DNA from: Podospora anserina
Lineage: Eukaryota
Assembly: GCA_017654855.1 (NCBI GenBank)
Contig: CM030337.1
Location: forward strand, 3,348,001-3,412,000
DNA length: 64,000 bases
Reading direction: 5' to 3'
Below the pieces are notes generated by a model that searched no databases, had not been told where the DNA came from, and saw only the letters and a program-made list of their open reading frames with translations. Made by a program: the position numbers and the translations under genes. Of the stretch, positions 24,522-38,300 are shown one piece after another. Each line of letters opens with the position of its first letter. Positions within the stretch are counted from its first letter, which is position 1.

Positions 24522-24884
24522 TGAAATGGTGAGAAAACACACAAAACAACCACAACACCACAAATATACCCTCAACAGGTCTCAGAATGAACACACCTGC
24601 GTGACAGTGACTCGCTCGCAGGCCGCACTTCACGTAGGACAAAGAAAAGACACTATGGGCTCGCAGGCCACATAATAAGCACCGGATTGGCCTGATCAGA
24701 GGGCCAGAATTGCCTGCACGCGTGCAAGGCACAAAATACGAAGCAAAGAATAAAAGTCGATGTCCTGTCTAAAATAGAATGTCCGAAGCAGACCGCTTAT
24801 ATACATGACCCCTGAACCCCTGAGTCCTCTGAGAGCCCCGCTTCCTTACTCATACTCTCAGGCCTGTGGCCGCACCCCAAACCA
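24522..24884 (-). repeat. 5' LTR (363 bp) with TATATAAG box at ~24797-24804 (minus)
   Basis: Direct repeat of 13021-13382, adjacent to the PBS. Confidence 0.97.
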
Positions 24885-27800
24885 CTATAAAGTATTTAAA
24901 TAACTCGAATAAAAAAAGGAAATTATAATAATTATTATATTAAAAGAATTAAAAGTTATAAAGGTTATAATTATTAAATATTAATAAAGTAAAGTAAAAA
25001 ATTATTATTAAATATATATATAAAAAAATATTAAGTATATAAAAGACGGAAAATAAGAGGAAGTTAAACGAATATAATTAAAAAATTTTATATTATTAGA
25101 TAATCCGGAGTAGGAGGATATTTTTAAACGATATAATTATTTAAAAAACGATTTACGGCTTTTCGCGGGAATTAATAACCTTTAATAAATTATAAATAGT
25201 ATTATTAAAAATATTAATATAAAACGAAGGTATAGAATAATAACCCGGTATTTATTAATAAAGTTATTATTATATAGGGAGGAAATAAGAGAGATAAATA
25301 TTTTTAAATTATAGTATATTAAAAAAATATTTAAGTAGTAATATTAATAAATAAAGGTATAAAAACGAATTTAATTTCGTTATAATTTATATATTAAGTT
25401 AGGATATTATAGAAAAAAAAAAGAATAGATCGTTATATAAAGATTATTTCCGATATAAAAAACTTATAAAAAAATATTATTTTTAAATATTATAATCGAA
25501 AGAAAAATAATTTTAATTATATTTAATATTATAAATATAGGACCTTTAAAAAATATAATCCTAAAATAATTATAATATAAAGATTATAATTTAAATATTA
25601 ATTAAAAAGATAGTAATTATTTACGATTAAAAGAATTTTAAAAGTATTTAATTAACGATAGGAGATTAGACGTACGTATAAAGTAAGGTATAGGATAAGT
25701 ACCCTCTACGGTATTACCGTAAGGAACTTAAAAAGTAATAATATACTTTATTAATATAAATAGTAAAATCGAAAAAGTAGGGTTAATAACATTAATAAAA
25801 ATATCGAAGGTTAATAAATATATTTATTATAATAACGTAAAGAAGAGCGAGAAAAAAGTAATATTAATAAAAGATCGAAAATATTTAACTTTTACGGTTA
25901 AATATTTAAAAGGATTTTTAAAGCGAGGACCGTACGATTATAAAATTAAATTAAAAAAAAATTAAATTACGGTTATTTAAGGTTTATTATATTAATAATA
26001 AGTAAAGTAAAGAATTACGGAAATATTTAAATAAAAATTTAAAAAAAAAATATATTAAGGAGTTTATATTATTAATAAAATATCCTATATTTTTTATATT
26101 AAAAAAGGATAGTAATTTACGATTATATATAAATTATTATTAATTAAATAACGAAATGGTAAAAAATAATTATTTATTATTATTAATATTTAAATTATAA
26201 AGTTAATTAGTAGAGGCGCGATACTTTATATATTTAAATATATTTATCGGGTATATTTATATACGGATTAAGGAAAAAAATAAATAAAAAATAATATTTT
26301 ATATATTTTATAATTATTTCGAATATTTTATAATACTATTCGGATTAATTAATACGCCCGTAATATTTTAATTTTTTATTAATTATATAATCCGGAAATA
26401 CTTTAATAAAATAATAATATATTATTTTAATAATATTTTTATTTATTTATATACGTTAGAGAAATATAAATAATACGTACGAAAGATATTTAACGTATTA
26501 TATAGAGCCGGATTTTTAATTAATAAAAAAAAATAAGTTTTATATATAAAAAATAATATATTTAAAATATTTAATATCGTTAAGTAAGGTTTATATAGAA
26601 TTTAAGAAAATTATAATAATTAAGGACTAGCCTATACTATAATTATAAATATATATTAAAGAATTTTTAAAATTTATAAATTTCTATCGGATATTTATTT
26701 AAAGGTATATAAGTATTACGCGGTTATTTAATTATTTAATTAAGAAAGATATAGAGTTCCGGTGGGGGTAGAAAAAAAAATAAGTTTTTTAGAAGTTAAA
26801 AAAGGTTATTTTAAAGGATTTAATATTTAAATTATTAAATTTTAATTAATTATTTAAAATCGAAATAAATATATTAAACTATATAATCGGTAAATAATTA
26901 AAGTAACGAAACGACGACGGTAAGCTATACCCGGTAACCTTTTTTTAAAGAAACTCGAAAGGGTATATTAAAATTATTTAATTTATAATAAAAAATTATT
27001 CGTTATTATCGAAGCGTTCGAGGAATAAAAATTATATTTTAATAATATTAAATATAAAGTATAGGTTTATATAGATTATAAAAGTTTACGGTACTTTATT
27101 ATTACAAAAGTCTTTAACGTATAATAAATATAATAATTAAAATTTCTTTCGGAATTTAATTTTTAAATTAATTATAAAAAAAGTTCGGAAAATACTAGAG
27201 TAAACGTATTTAGCCGGTAAACCGATTACTATAAAGATATATTTAGGGAATTACTATTATTATTTAAAGAGGCGTTAAATAGTATTTTTAAATATTTATT
27301 ATAGCCGTAAATAAAGTATTATATAATATATTATAAAAAAGTTATTTTTAATAAATATTAAAGGAAGTTAAATAATAATATTATAGAATAATATTAATAG
27401 GAAAAACTAAAGTTATAAGGTATTTAAAAAGATAATTAGGGAAGATTATAGTATAGGAATTAAATATATATAATACTAAATAATAGGACGGTATTAATAA
27501 TAGAGATTTATAGATCGAAATTCGGAGGATATATAAATATTGTAAAGATTATAAAAGAAATTAAATAATACTTTAATTAATTAAGGATTAAAAACGATAT
27601 TAAGGAAGTTATTTAATTATACTATACGTACGAGAAAATAAAGGTTATAAAATATAAATTTTATAGATTTTTAAAGTTATTATTAATAATAAAATAATTA
27701 TAAAGTTTAATTATAATAAACTTTATTATTAAATGATTAAAGTTTAAAAATATAATAACCGGCGTTAAATATAATAGTATATTAATAGTAATCGATAAAT

Positions 27801-28002
27801 TTATTAAATAAATATATTTTTTATTTTATAAAAAAATTTAAGTAGTAAAGTAATTAATAAATATAATATTATAATATATTGAATTAATATATATATAATT
27901 AAAAAAGTTTATTACGGACCGTAATACTAAATTCGTATCAAAGTTTAAAGAGTATTAATAACGAGGCTAAAAGTAGTAAGTAAAATATTTTCGGTTTATT
28001 AC

Positions 28003-28635
28003 TGTTAATGTGTGGGTACTACTAAGTGCCCTACTTACTGCCCTACAGATTGATATTACAGTGGGCAGTACTGCTATAAGCAGTAATGGAATTTCCCGGC
28101 TTGGATCCCTTTAGAATGTTCTTTACAAGGGACCCTTGAAGGCTTACAGGGCTACTGTGGCCTAAGGCTTAGTCAACAGGATACTGGAACCTTCTAAAGT
28201 GGCTACAGGCTTACGTAGTAAGTCGCCGCAATAGCATGATTTACAGGGCACCTCTGCTGCCGAAGGTTCTATGGATTTCCGTGAGTCTACACTAGACCCA
28301 CCTAAGCCCACCAAATACCCTAAAGTGGTATAGGGGCTTCCAGGGCCTACAGGACCCACAGTAGGCTTACGAAGGCCTATATATAGACCTCTCCTCTCTC
28401 CTGTAAAATAGTTTTCTTTCTTTCCTTAAGGGCAAAAGCTTAAGGCTAAGGCCAAAGGCCAAGGCCAAAGGTAATAAAGGCAATTCTTATTCTTTATACC
28501 TCACTGTATTACAGTGCTTTACTTTCCTTCGGCACTGCCGTCGTATCCTCCCGCTTCCGCTTGCGCACTGCTGTATTTTACAGCAACCCTGTATAGGTTC
28601 TATATTATAAGCCTATCAGGGCTTACCAGCTAACA
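28003..28635 (+). mobile_element. Solo LTR of a Ty1/Copia family inserted in the gypsy integrase relic
   Basis: TGTT...AACA ends, 5-bp TSD ATTAC, homologous to the Copia LTR at 47710-48323. Confidence 0.92.
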
Positions 28636-29579
28636 ATTACTTTTAAATAAACGGTTAAACGGAACGGTTTAATTAAATTATAAAATAATATTTACGGAAT
28701 TATATTAATTTCGAGTAGGACGATTAAGTTAAATTATTATTTATAATATAATTAATATATAATATATTATTAATTAAAACGATTAAAGTTATAATATTTT
28801 TTATAAACTTTAAATATAAAATAAATCTATAGTAAGAATTTATAATTAAAGTATTTAAAGTTAAAGTTAAAGTAAATAAAATATATATATTTTATAATAA
28901 ACTTAAGTAAAAACTAAAGTTTATAAAGGAAAGGATACGGAAATATTATAATATTAAAGGCTCGAGGGACTTCGCTTTAAGGGAGGAGATATACTATTCT
29001 TTTCTATACGTAATTTATATATTAAAAAACCTAATAAGAAGCTAAACTATAGGAGAGTAGGCCCCTTTAAAGTTAAAAGGAAGATATTAGAAACGATATT
29101 CGAACTAAAGTTACCTAATATAAGATATTTATAATTATATACCTTTTATATTTTACTTTTAAAATCCGTATTACTAGTAAATAAAATTAATATATAAGTA
29201 ATAACGGAAAACGAAAAAGAAAAGTATATTATAAAAAAGATATTAGATTTATAGTTTAATAAAGGTTAATTAAAATATTTAATTAATTAATTAAGATATT
29301 TAATTATAAATAATTTATAGGAATTAAAAATATATTTTAATTATTTAAATAAATAAAAAGTATTTTACTAATAATACCTAGACCGATTAAAATTTAAATA
29401 ATAAAAAGATTTATACTTGAATTATAGAAAAATATTTATAAATTTAAATATAAAAGAATTTTAATAAAAATTAAATTTACGTTTTTAATATAATAATTAA
29501 TGTATTATATATTATACTATAAAATTAAAAAGTATAAAAGAGTTTAAATATAAATAATATTACGTATTTTAATTACCTT

Positions 29580-30120
29580 AGGAAGTAGAAAGTATACTTT
29601 CGGCGGTACTTTGCGGGGTTAGGAAGGAAAGACCGGCTATACCCGGGTCTAGAGAAAGGTTAGGCGGCTAATCGAAGCCTAAGGAAGGATCTAAAAAGAA
29701 AAGATCGGAAGGAATAGCGGAAGCGTCCGCCGCCGGCGGACTATATAGGGTACTAGGCTATACGGAAGACTCTCTTTCTTCTTCCTTAAAGAGCTGAGAT
29801 TTACGACGAAAAATAGTAAGGGCTCGAGCCTTAAAAGTACGTAATTACGCTTCGAAACGAAAAAATTTATTTAAAGTAATTTACTTTTCGGTATTTAAAC
29901 GTTTTTTTTTTTTAATTAAAAAACGGATTATAGGGATAATTAAAAAAAGGAAGGGAAAGTTAAAAAAAGAATTTACGATTTACGTTATAAACGTTATAAT
30001 AAGAACGACTCGAATTAATATATAGAAAGTACCGGTCGTATTAAAGGGAAATTATATTTTAAAGGTTATTTTCTTTATAATAAATATATTTAAATATAAT
30101 AAAATTAAACTTCTTAAGAA
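29580..30120 (-). pseudogene. RIPed antisense accessory ORF relic in the 3' region of the gypsy element (possibly Cys-cluster)
   Basis: Same position and orientation relative to its element as 10280-10860. Residual CG-rich codon structure, but very degraded. Confidence 0.3.
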
Positions 30121-32347
30121 AATATATTTAATTATAATAACGATTGGTATTTATATAAATTAATTTTTTTATATAATTAAATATAATAGTTAGGATAAAA
30201 AAGAAAAGGAATTTATAATAGAAATATAGAAGAAAGGGGGATCGGTAATTATTTTAGGAATACGGTTACCGGAATATTAACCTAAAAAAAAAGGTATTAT
30301 AGTATAATTAATTTAACGGTAAGTCGCGCTATATATAGGGCGTAAATCGCTTTTAACTAATTATTTAGGAAATTAAAGAATAAGCCGATTAGGGCTAAAT
30401 AAAAGTACTATAGTACTAAAGCTTACGAGTAGTCTATAGGATATAAGATATTAGGGATAATTAAAAATATAGTACGACGAGTATAATATAGATATAATAT
30501 ACTAGGAGTGATTAAAGGTATAGCACGACGAGTATAATGTAGGATATAATATACTAGGAGTAATCGGGGCTATAATAGGGCGAGCACCTTACGGCCCTAA
30601 GGTCTATATATACGGAGGAACTAGCTAGTATAGATAGATAGTTCCGCAGTATATAATTTAAGCTTGGATTTACGGTATTTTGTGTTTATATCGAGATATT
30701 TTATTGTGTACTATTTAGCTGTACCGAACTAATTGTTAGAAGTTACCTTTAACCCGTATTTCTTTTAGAGGTTCTGTATAGGGGTTCGTCACATCTAGGC
30801 CAATTAACAGCACTGTACTATAGGCTGTACGGCTTCTTATTAAAAAACTTCTTTAGTGGAATTAGTGTTGTACTACAGACTTTCTACTATTGTAACTATA
30901 ATCCTAGGCCAATACCTTTAGGCTAATCGTCGACTTACAGCACTATACTATAGGCAGTACGGCTTTCGAGAAACTTAATTATTAACCTATACGGTTATTT
31001 CTACTAAGTCCTCGCCTTTACTATAGCTAACTAGCCTATAGATTAAGATCAGTTAGGTGTCACAGAGGCTACTAGCCCTATAGTACAGGCCTTACAGGCC
31101 CGTATCGATACTATTAAGGACAGGCTTCGGCAGATTATATCACTGCTTAAAGCTTAGGCTACTAAACAGCTAGTAGCTATACCGGCCACCCACACTACCG
31201 AGCCTCCCGTGGCTCTAGCTACTTCAGTACTTTCAGCACCTATTACAGAGCCTTTTACAGCGACCTTTAGCATACTTACTATAAAAGAGCTCGCTAAACA
31301 GTCCCTGAACCTCGCTGAATAACAGCGCCTTTCAGGACCCGATAACTACTAACAGTGGCACTAAGCTATTTCTATATAATTTAGGGCCCTTGAAATACCT
31401 AAATTTCTAGAAAATCCTAATTCGGTAGACGCCCGGCTTTCTGACCCATAGAAGGTAGCCCTGCTATTAACCTTTAGAAATATGCTAAAGGAAGGCCCGT
31501 TATTTACTATAGCCTTCGAAACCGACCCCGTTATGGCCTATAAGCGCCTTCGCTTATAGTACGCTCCGGCGCAGCTTACTTTCCGAGACGAGCTGTATAA
31601 GGCCTACTACTATTTGTAGTTCGATAGGTCTATACCTATCGTGGATTTCAACGCCCAATTTAATACCTACGTAAGTAGGCTCGGGGCTTTAGGCGTTAAA
31701 ATAGCCTAAATTGATTAACTAAATTACTATTTTAACGTACTAGAAAACTATTTTCCACAGTGGGCCGAGCGCTGTAAAGGCCTACTTCGGCAGGAGCAAT
31801 AGCTTTACTATACAGAAGGTAAGCTTACTAAGCTAAGCCTTTTATATTTCCAGGAAAACCTTTTAGCCGAAACCCGTAATTCGGTTACTTCCACTGCCTA
31901 CCAACTACAGGCCCTATAGGCTACCTATAAGCCTGTTAGTAGCGAAAAGAAGCTTAACTTTTAGGCTTCTCAAGCTTACCGGTCCTTACTAAATAAGGAC
32001 CAAAAGCCCTATAAAAAACAGAGCAATAAGTAGTAGAAAAAAGGCCTAAAAAAGAACGACCACTGTAATGACCGCTGTAACAACCGTTATAACGACTACT
32101 ATAACGGCCGTAAAGATAGCCGTAAGGATAGTCGCAAAGACGACCGCAAGGACCAAAAGGACCTACCCGCTACCGAGGCCTTTACTATAGGCTACGACCT
32201 TAACTTAGGCACTATATTTGGAAGTAATATAATTAAAGAATATAGTGACTTAGGGCCTGATCCTCCCGAAGAACTGCTTAAATTTAGCTACTTAACCGCT
32301 ACACTACGTACCTAGTGGCTCTTCGATACAGGCTCTATAGTGCACAT

Positions 32348-35300
32348 TGAAATGGTGAGAAAACACACAAAACAACCACAACACCACAAATATACCCTCA
32401 ACAGGTCTCAGAATAAACACACCTGCGTGACAGTGACTCGCTCGCAGGCCGCACTTCACGTAGGACAAAGAAAAGACACTATGGGCTCGCAGGCCACATA
32501 ATAAGTACCGGATTGGCCTGATTAGAGGGCCAGAATTGCCTGCACGCGTATAAGGCACAAAATACGAAGAAAAGAATAAAAGTCGATGTCCTGTCTAAAA
32601 TAGAACGTCCGAAGCAGACCGCTTATATACATGACCCCTAAACCCCTAAGTCCTCTGAGAGCCCCGCTTCCTTACTTATACTCTTAGGCCTATAGCCGCA
32701 CCCCAAACCAAACCTCCCTTTACATTTAACTACTATAAACCAGTAAGCAAATACGTATATAAGAAAAAAATCCTTTATAAATTAAAAAAAAAAAAAAATA
32801 TTATTTAATAGAAAGAAAGGAAAATAATATAATTCTATTATCCCTTTATTTATTTTCCTTTAATTAAAGAAAAAAGTATCCTTACTTTTCGGATTTTAAA
32901 GTATATTTCTATCCTTATCGAATTATTATAATTAATAATTTAATAACTTTTTCCCTTTATCTTTAAGGAACTTTAGGAGCCCACTTTTATCTTATAAAAC
33001 TAAGTATATAATTAAGCGAAAAGTATATTATTAACGATCCTAAATAGTTATAAGTAAGGGAATGAATAATTATAAATTTAAAGAAAAGTAACAAGTTTAT
33101 TATTATAGGAGTACGGAATTTAAAAAGGGTTATTACTTTATTTAATTATTAAAAGTTATTCGATACGCTATTTAGTTTAAACCCTTTATAATTAAAGGGA
33201 AGACCTACGATATATTTATTTCTTTTAATAATAATAATTAAAGTTAACGGAAAATTAAAGAGAAAAGTAAATTAGGGAATTAATAGAAATTTAAAAAGAA
33301 ACGAAAGGATATTTAATAAGTTAAATCCTTCCGCGTCTATTAAGTTTTTTAGGCCCCTCCTCCTCTATTTCTTATTACATACCCTTTAATTAAATTTATA
33401 ATTTAAAAACCTTTTTATATAAATTATTTATAATTTTATTATTTTTTTCCCCGTAACGCTTATAATTTTATAATCTCTATAATAATAATCTCCTCTTTAA
33501 ACCTTTATTACCGTTAAATCTTTTTCTTTACCGTATAAAATATTTCCCTAAAAATAAATATAATAATATTTTAAAACCTAAAAACTATATTCCTACGCTC
33601 CGCCCTATTTACCGTAAATTAATTTCCTTACTTTTACGTTAAAACTATAGTGGAAAGCGTAATAGATATAAAATATTAAATAAGAAATAATATTAATTTA
33701 ATACCCCTTTTAATCCTTTAACGAGTTTATATAAATTAAAATATTAATAATAATATTATAAATATTTATTATTTAATAACTTCCGTTATTAATATAAATA
33801 AAAAAAATTTAATATTATCGGTTAAAAACGTTATAATTATTATTAAATAAAAAAAAGTATATCGACGATTTTATTATAATAAAGTTTAAAGGCTTTCTAA
33901 AGATCTATATATAATATTCGAGGATTCCTTAAAAAAAATATTGAAAAACGTAAGTAAAGACCGAACTAATAAACTATTATTTAGCTTTTAATTAACTTTA
34001 AAAATTATATATAATATAAATAAGGGAAGCTATATAAATACTATAAATATAAATCCGATTAAAGGAAGTTATTATTTTTAAATTAAAAAAAAAATATTTA
34101 ATAATATTAATCGAAAATTATTTTATAAAAGTAATATTAATTTAATCGGGCCGCCTTTTTATAATATAATCTCTTAAATCGGTAATTAAATTAAAATTAA
34201 AATAAATAAATTAAAAAATATTATTACTTTAAAAAAGGAAAATACCGCGCGAGGGACTAAAACTATAAACCTTATCGATACTTTAAAAGCGTGTTTTCCG
34301 AATAATTTCTTTAACGAAATTATTAAGAGGGCCGAATTTCTTAATAGTAATAAATTTTTCCTATAATATATTATAAATAAACTTTATAAAAAGTATTAAT
34401 AATATTATTTTATAAAAATTAAAAGAGAGTAATATATAATATAATTTATAATTAAAAGGTTATTAAAAAAAAAATAAAGATTTTTTTTTAAAATAAAGAA
34501 TTAAAAAAGGAAAAAAGTTTTTAATAAATTTTTATTTTTTATTATTTACTTAATTTATAAAGTAAAATTATTAAATAGTTACGTAAGCCGTTTAAAAAGG
34601 AAAAAACGTTTTAATAAATCTCCCTTCTATAGAGGTCTATAAAACTAATTATACCGTCCTATCCTTTAATTATAAATACTTATATTAATTCTCTTTATTT
34701 CTACTTACTCTTTATTTTTTTTAATATTTATTAATTATTTCCTTTTAATAATTTTTTTTTTAAAAAAATTTATTACTTCGTTCGATTAAACGGTTAATAA
34801 CTTTATTATTTAAATATTTATAACTTCTTTCGTTAAAAAACTTTTTAATTAAGTTAAAGGAATCCTTAACCTTATTATATATAATTAGTCCGAAATTACT
34901 ATAGACCTTACTTAAAAGCCTTTACTTATTACTTTTACTTATCGTTTTACCGACCTTACCCGTACTTTTAATAATTAAAATATTATTTATAAAAAATATA
35001 TTTAAGTTTAGCGTCCTATTTATATTTATAACTCTACTATACCTAAAAGTATTAATATTTATTATAATATTTTTTTCTTTTATTAAATTACTCTTTAATA
35101 CTTTAAAATTTCCCCTTTAAATCCTAAATACGTAACTACTCCCCTCTACTTTAAGTAATTCTTTCCTAATTTAACGAAAAAGGGAAGTAAAAAAGAATAA
35201 TAATTATTTTTTAAAAATATTAATACGAATAAAACTATTATTAATTATATCTTTAAAGCGTTATTAATTAGTTCCGTTAAACGGATTTTCGTTAAACGGT

Positions 35301-38300
35301 TTAATAAATAATTTTTTAAATATTAATTTTTCGAAATTATTAAATAGGTTTATTGCTTTAAAAATTTATTTATCTAAACTACCGGGTTACTATAAATATC
35401 GCCCCCTTAATTAAATTTAATTTAATATTAATATATTAAATTTAATTATATTAATCTATATAATAAATATAATTAAAACTATTACCGGTCTTTTATAATA
35501 TTCCCCGATAAAATTAAAATTAAAGTAATATAATTATACTTTAATTATATAGGAAAAAAGGACCTCGATTAGAAATATAGGAATTATTAATATAAAAATA
35601 TTTATTATTTATAATTTAATATTAATAAAAATAGTTTTTACTTTAAAGATTTTAATAATAATAAATTATTAAAGTTAAATTATAATACCGTAAATTTAAT
35701 TCCTAATAGTAAAAAAGTCGATTAAGATTAGGAGTAAAAAAAATAGCGGGCTAAGTATAAAGAACTTAAAAAATAATAAATAAATAAAAAAAAAAAAAAA
35801 AAAAAAAGAAAAAAAATAGTTTTCTATTTCCTTAAATTAAAGGAAGGAATATAAAAAAAGAAGTAAATTAAAAAAAAAAATAATAAAAAAAAAAAAAAAA
35901 AAATTAAAAATTTAATATAATAATTTTTACTTTAATTAATTACTTCCTTTAATATTTTTTTTCTTTTTAAAAATAAATAGTTTTTACAGTTTTATTTTTA
36001 TAATATAAACTTTAATACCCTTTTAAAAAAAAATAATAATTATAATACTTTTATTATTGTCTCCCTTTAATTATTTAAAAAGTCTTTTAATTTACCTTTC
36101 TTTAAAACTACTTTTATACTTTTACCCTTCTTAAATCTCTTTTATATTTTAATATTTTTCCGTTCTATTTAAATCTTCCCCCTAATTATTATTTTCCCTA
36201 ATATTTCTTCCACTATTTCTTCTTCTTTATCCTTATTTTTTACTATATTTATACCTTCCTTTACTTTATTCCTAAATACTTACTTAACTCTCCTTAATCC
36301 TAACTATATATCCGTATCCTTTTTATTTATATATACGTTTTTTAATTTAAAAAACTTTTTTACTTTATTTAATATATAAAAAACTTATAATAGTACCCTA
36401 TTTAATATCTTTAAAAAATAATAAATATTATTTAGTTCGACCTTCTTTACTTTAAAAGGGCTATCCTAACGGTACTATACTTTCCTTACTATATTTATAT
36501 TTAACTTTTTATTTATTTTATATACTAATATTAAATCCCCCTTTCTAATTATACTATTTTTAAACCTAATATTATAAATCCCTTTTCTATTCTTTCTTAC
36601 CGCGGCTTTCTATTTTACTATACTAACCCTTTTAGCTATTAAAATTAGATTTATCTCCTAGGATTTTAATAGTCTCGCCCTTACCTTTATTAAATCTATA
36701 ATCGCTCTCTCCTTTTAGTATCTCCTTAATCTATTAAAATTAATCTTTTTTTATTAAATAATTTTCTATAATAGTACGTCTTTTTCGATCGGCATAATAA
36801 GGTTAAACTTATATATTAAATAAAAAGTATTATACTTATAAATACCTTATATTATAATTTTATTAATAAATAATATATAAAGGAGTTATTATTTCTATTT
36901 TTTCTCCGTTTTATTTATTATTTTTATTAATATTAATATAATTAAAATATAATTAAACTCTATTACTCTATTTACTTTTATATTATAAAATAAAATTATT
37001 ACCCGAAAAACTCCTAGTTTCTTTAAAATCTTAGTAATTTCCTTTTTAAATTTTAATCCGCTATTTACTATTACGATTAAAGGGTAATTTTATTTAAAAA
37101 TAATATTATATAAAATAAAGTTTTTAACTTTAAAAGCTTTATTTAAGTTTAAAACCTTTACTTTTAAATATTTAATTAAATTATTCTTTGCTTTTAAAAA
37201 ATAAATTTTTTTTCCCGAAATTATTAGTAAAAATTAAACGTTTAAATATTATTTTGTAAATAAAGTAGTTAAAGGTTTAATATATAAATATTAGTTTTCC
37301 TAACGCTTTGGGCTTTATTATTAATATTATTTATATATTTTAATTTAAATTTCGATATTAATATATATACTTTTTTAATAATAATTTTTTATTATTCGGG
37401 TATAAGTAGTTTCCTGTCCTTTATAGCCTATCTCGTTATAATACGTATTAAAGATTTTTTCCCGTTTAATTAGAAAGTTAATAATTTTTTTAAGGGGAAA
37501 ACTTTTTTTATTTAATTTAAAAAATAAAATTTTATTTTTAAAAATTATTTTTAGGGTATCGTTTTTAATAGTTTAAACGTTAAACCTTGTTTTAGCCTTT
37601 AACTCTATACTAATCGTAAGGAACTCGGCGATAGTATAGGAGTAAGGAGACTATAGTTTATTTAAGTAAGGGCTTTACTTAATAATTTCCTTTTTTTTTT
37701 TTTTAATATTTACCTATTAAATATTTATTTTTTAAATATTATTTTTTTAGATCTTTACATTAACTTTATTATTAATATCTAGCTTTAACTCCTTTTCCCT
37801 TAAATTAAAAAGGCTAAATAGTTTTCTCGATAATATATTTATTATAAAGTTTTTACTTTTAAAAATATAAATAATTATAAAATTAAAAAATTTAATTTAT
37901 TTTAATTATTTTATTATTAAAGCGCCGGGAATATTATTAATTATTTTTTAGATTTAATAGATTATTACTTAAACGTCCGTTTCTACCGTAAAATATATCC
38001 CGAAAAAATACTTTTTAAATCTCTTTAAAGTATATAATAATCCTTTTAACTCCCTCTTAATAATATTATACTTTTATTTAACCGGGCTCTAAATACTACT
38101 TTTAAACTAATAAGGGTACCGTTTTCTATTAGGTCCTACTTATTTAATTACCGCTCCCTACCTTATTAAATTTATATTAAAAATAATAAAGATTTTACCG
38201 AAACGGTTATTATTAAACATTAAAGAAACTAAATACAGTACCTCTATAATTAAAAAAGTAAATTACTTTATTATATTTTATTAAACTTCCGTTTATTCCT

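Larger units (their letters stand above)
13021..24884 (-). mobile_element. Full-length un-RIPed 11.9 kb Ty3/Gypsy LTR retrotransposon (non-chromoviral, possibly Ylt1-like) carrying two cargo genes
   Basis: LTRs 13021-13382 and 24522-24884 (TG...CA, identical by eye except a 1-bp C indel). TSD CTAT. PBS 24503-24519, PPT GAAGGGAGG ~13385-13393. Domain order gag-PR, RT-RH-IN. Confidence 0.97.
11561..30793 (+). mobile_element. Heavily RIPed chromoviral Ty3/Gypsy element (crapaud-like), LTRs 11561-12050 and ~30295-30793, hosting two nested insertions
   Basis: TGTCACA...GTTCGTCACA LTR. AT-rich gag relic (~12077-13020) resumes at 24885 after the TSD. RT/RNaseH/integrase relics ~25900-29200, chromodomain relic ~29220-29380. 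The two LTRs have non-matching U3 halves. Confidence 0.8.

Noticed and set aside
9715-30799. CTAGG next to both the 9721 LTR and the 30793 LTR end as a TSD
   Set aside because: The LTRs are in opposite orientation, both junctions are LTR 3' ends and the match is offset by one base; treated as coincidence.
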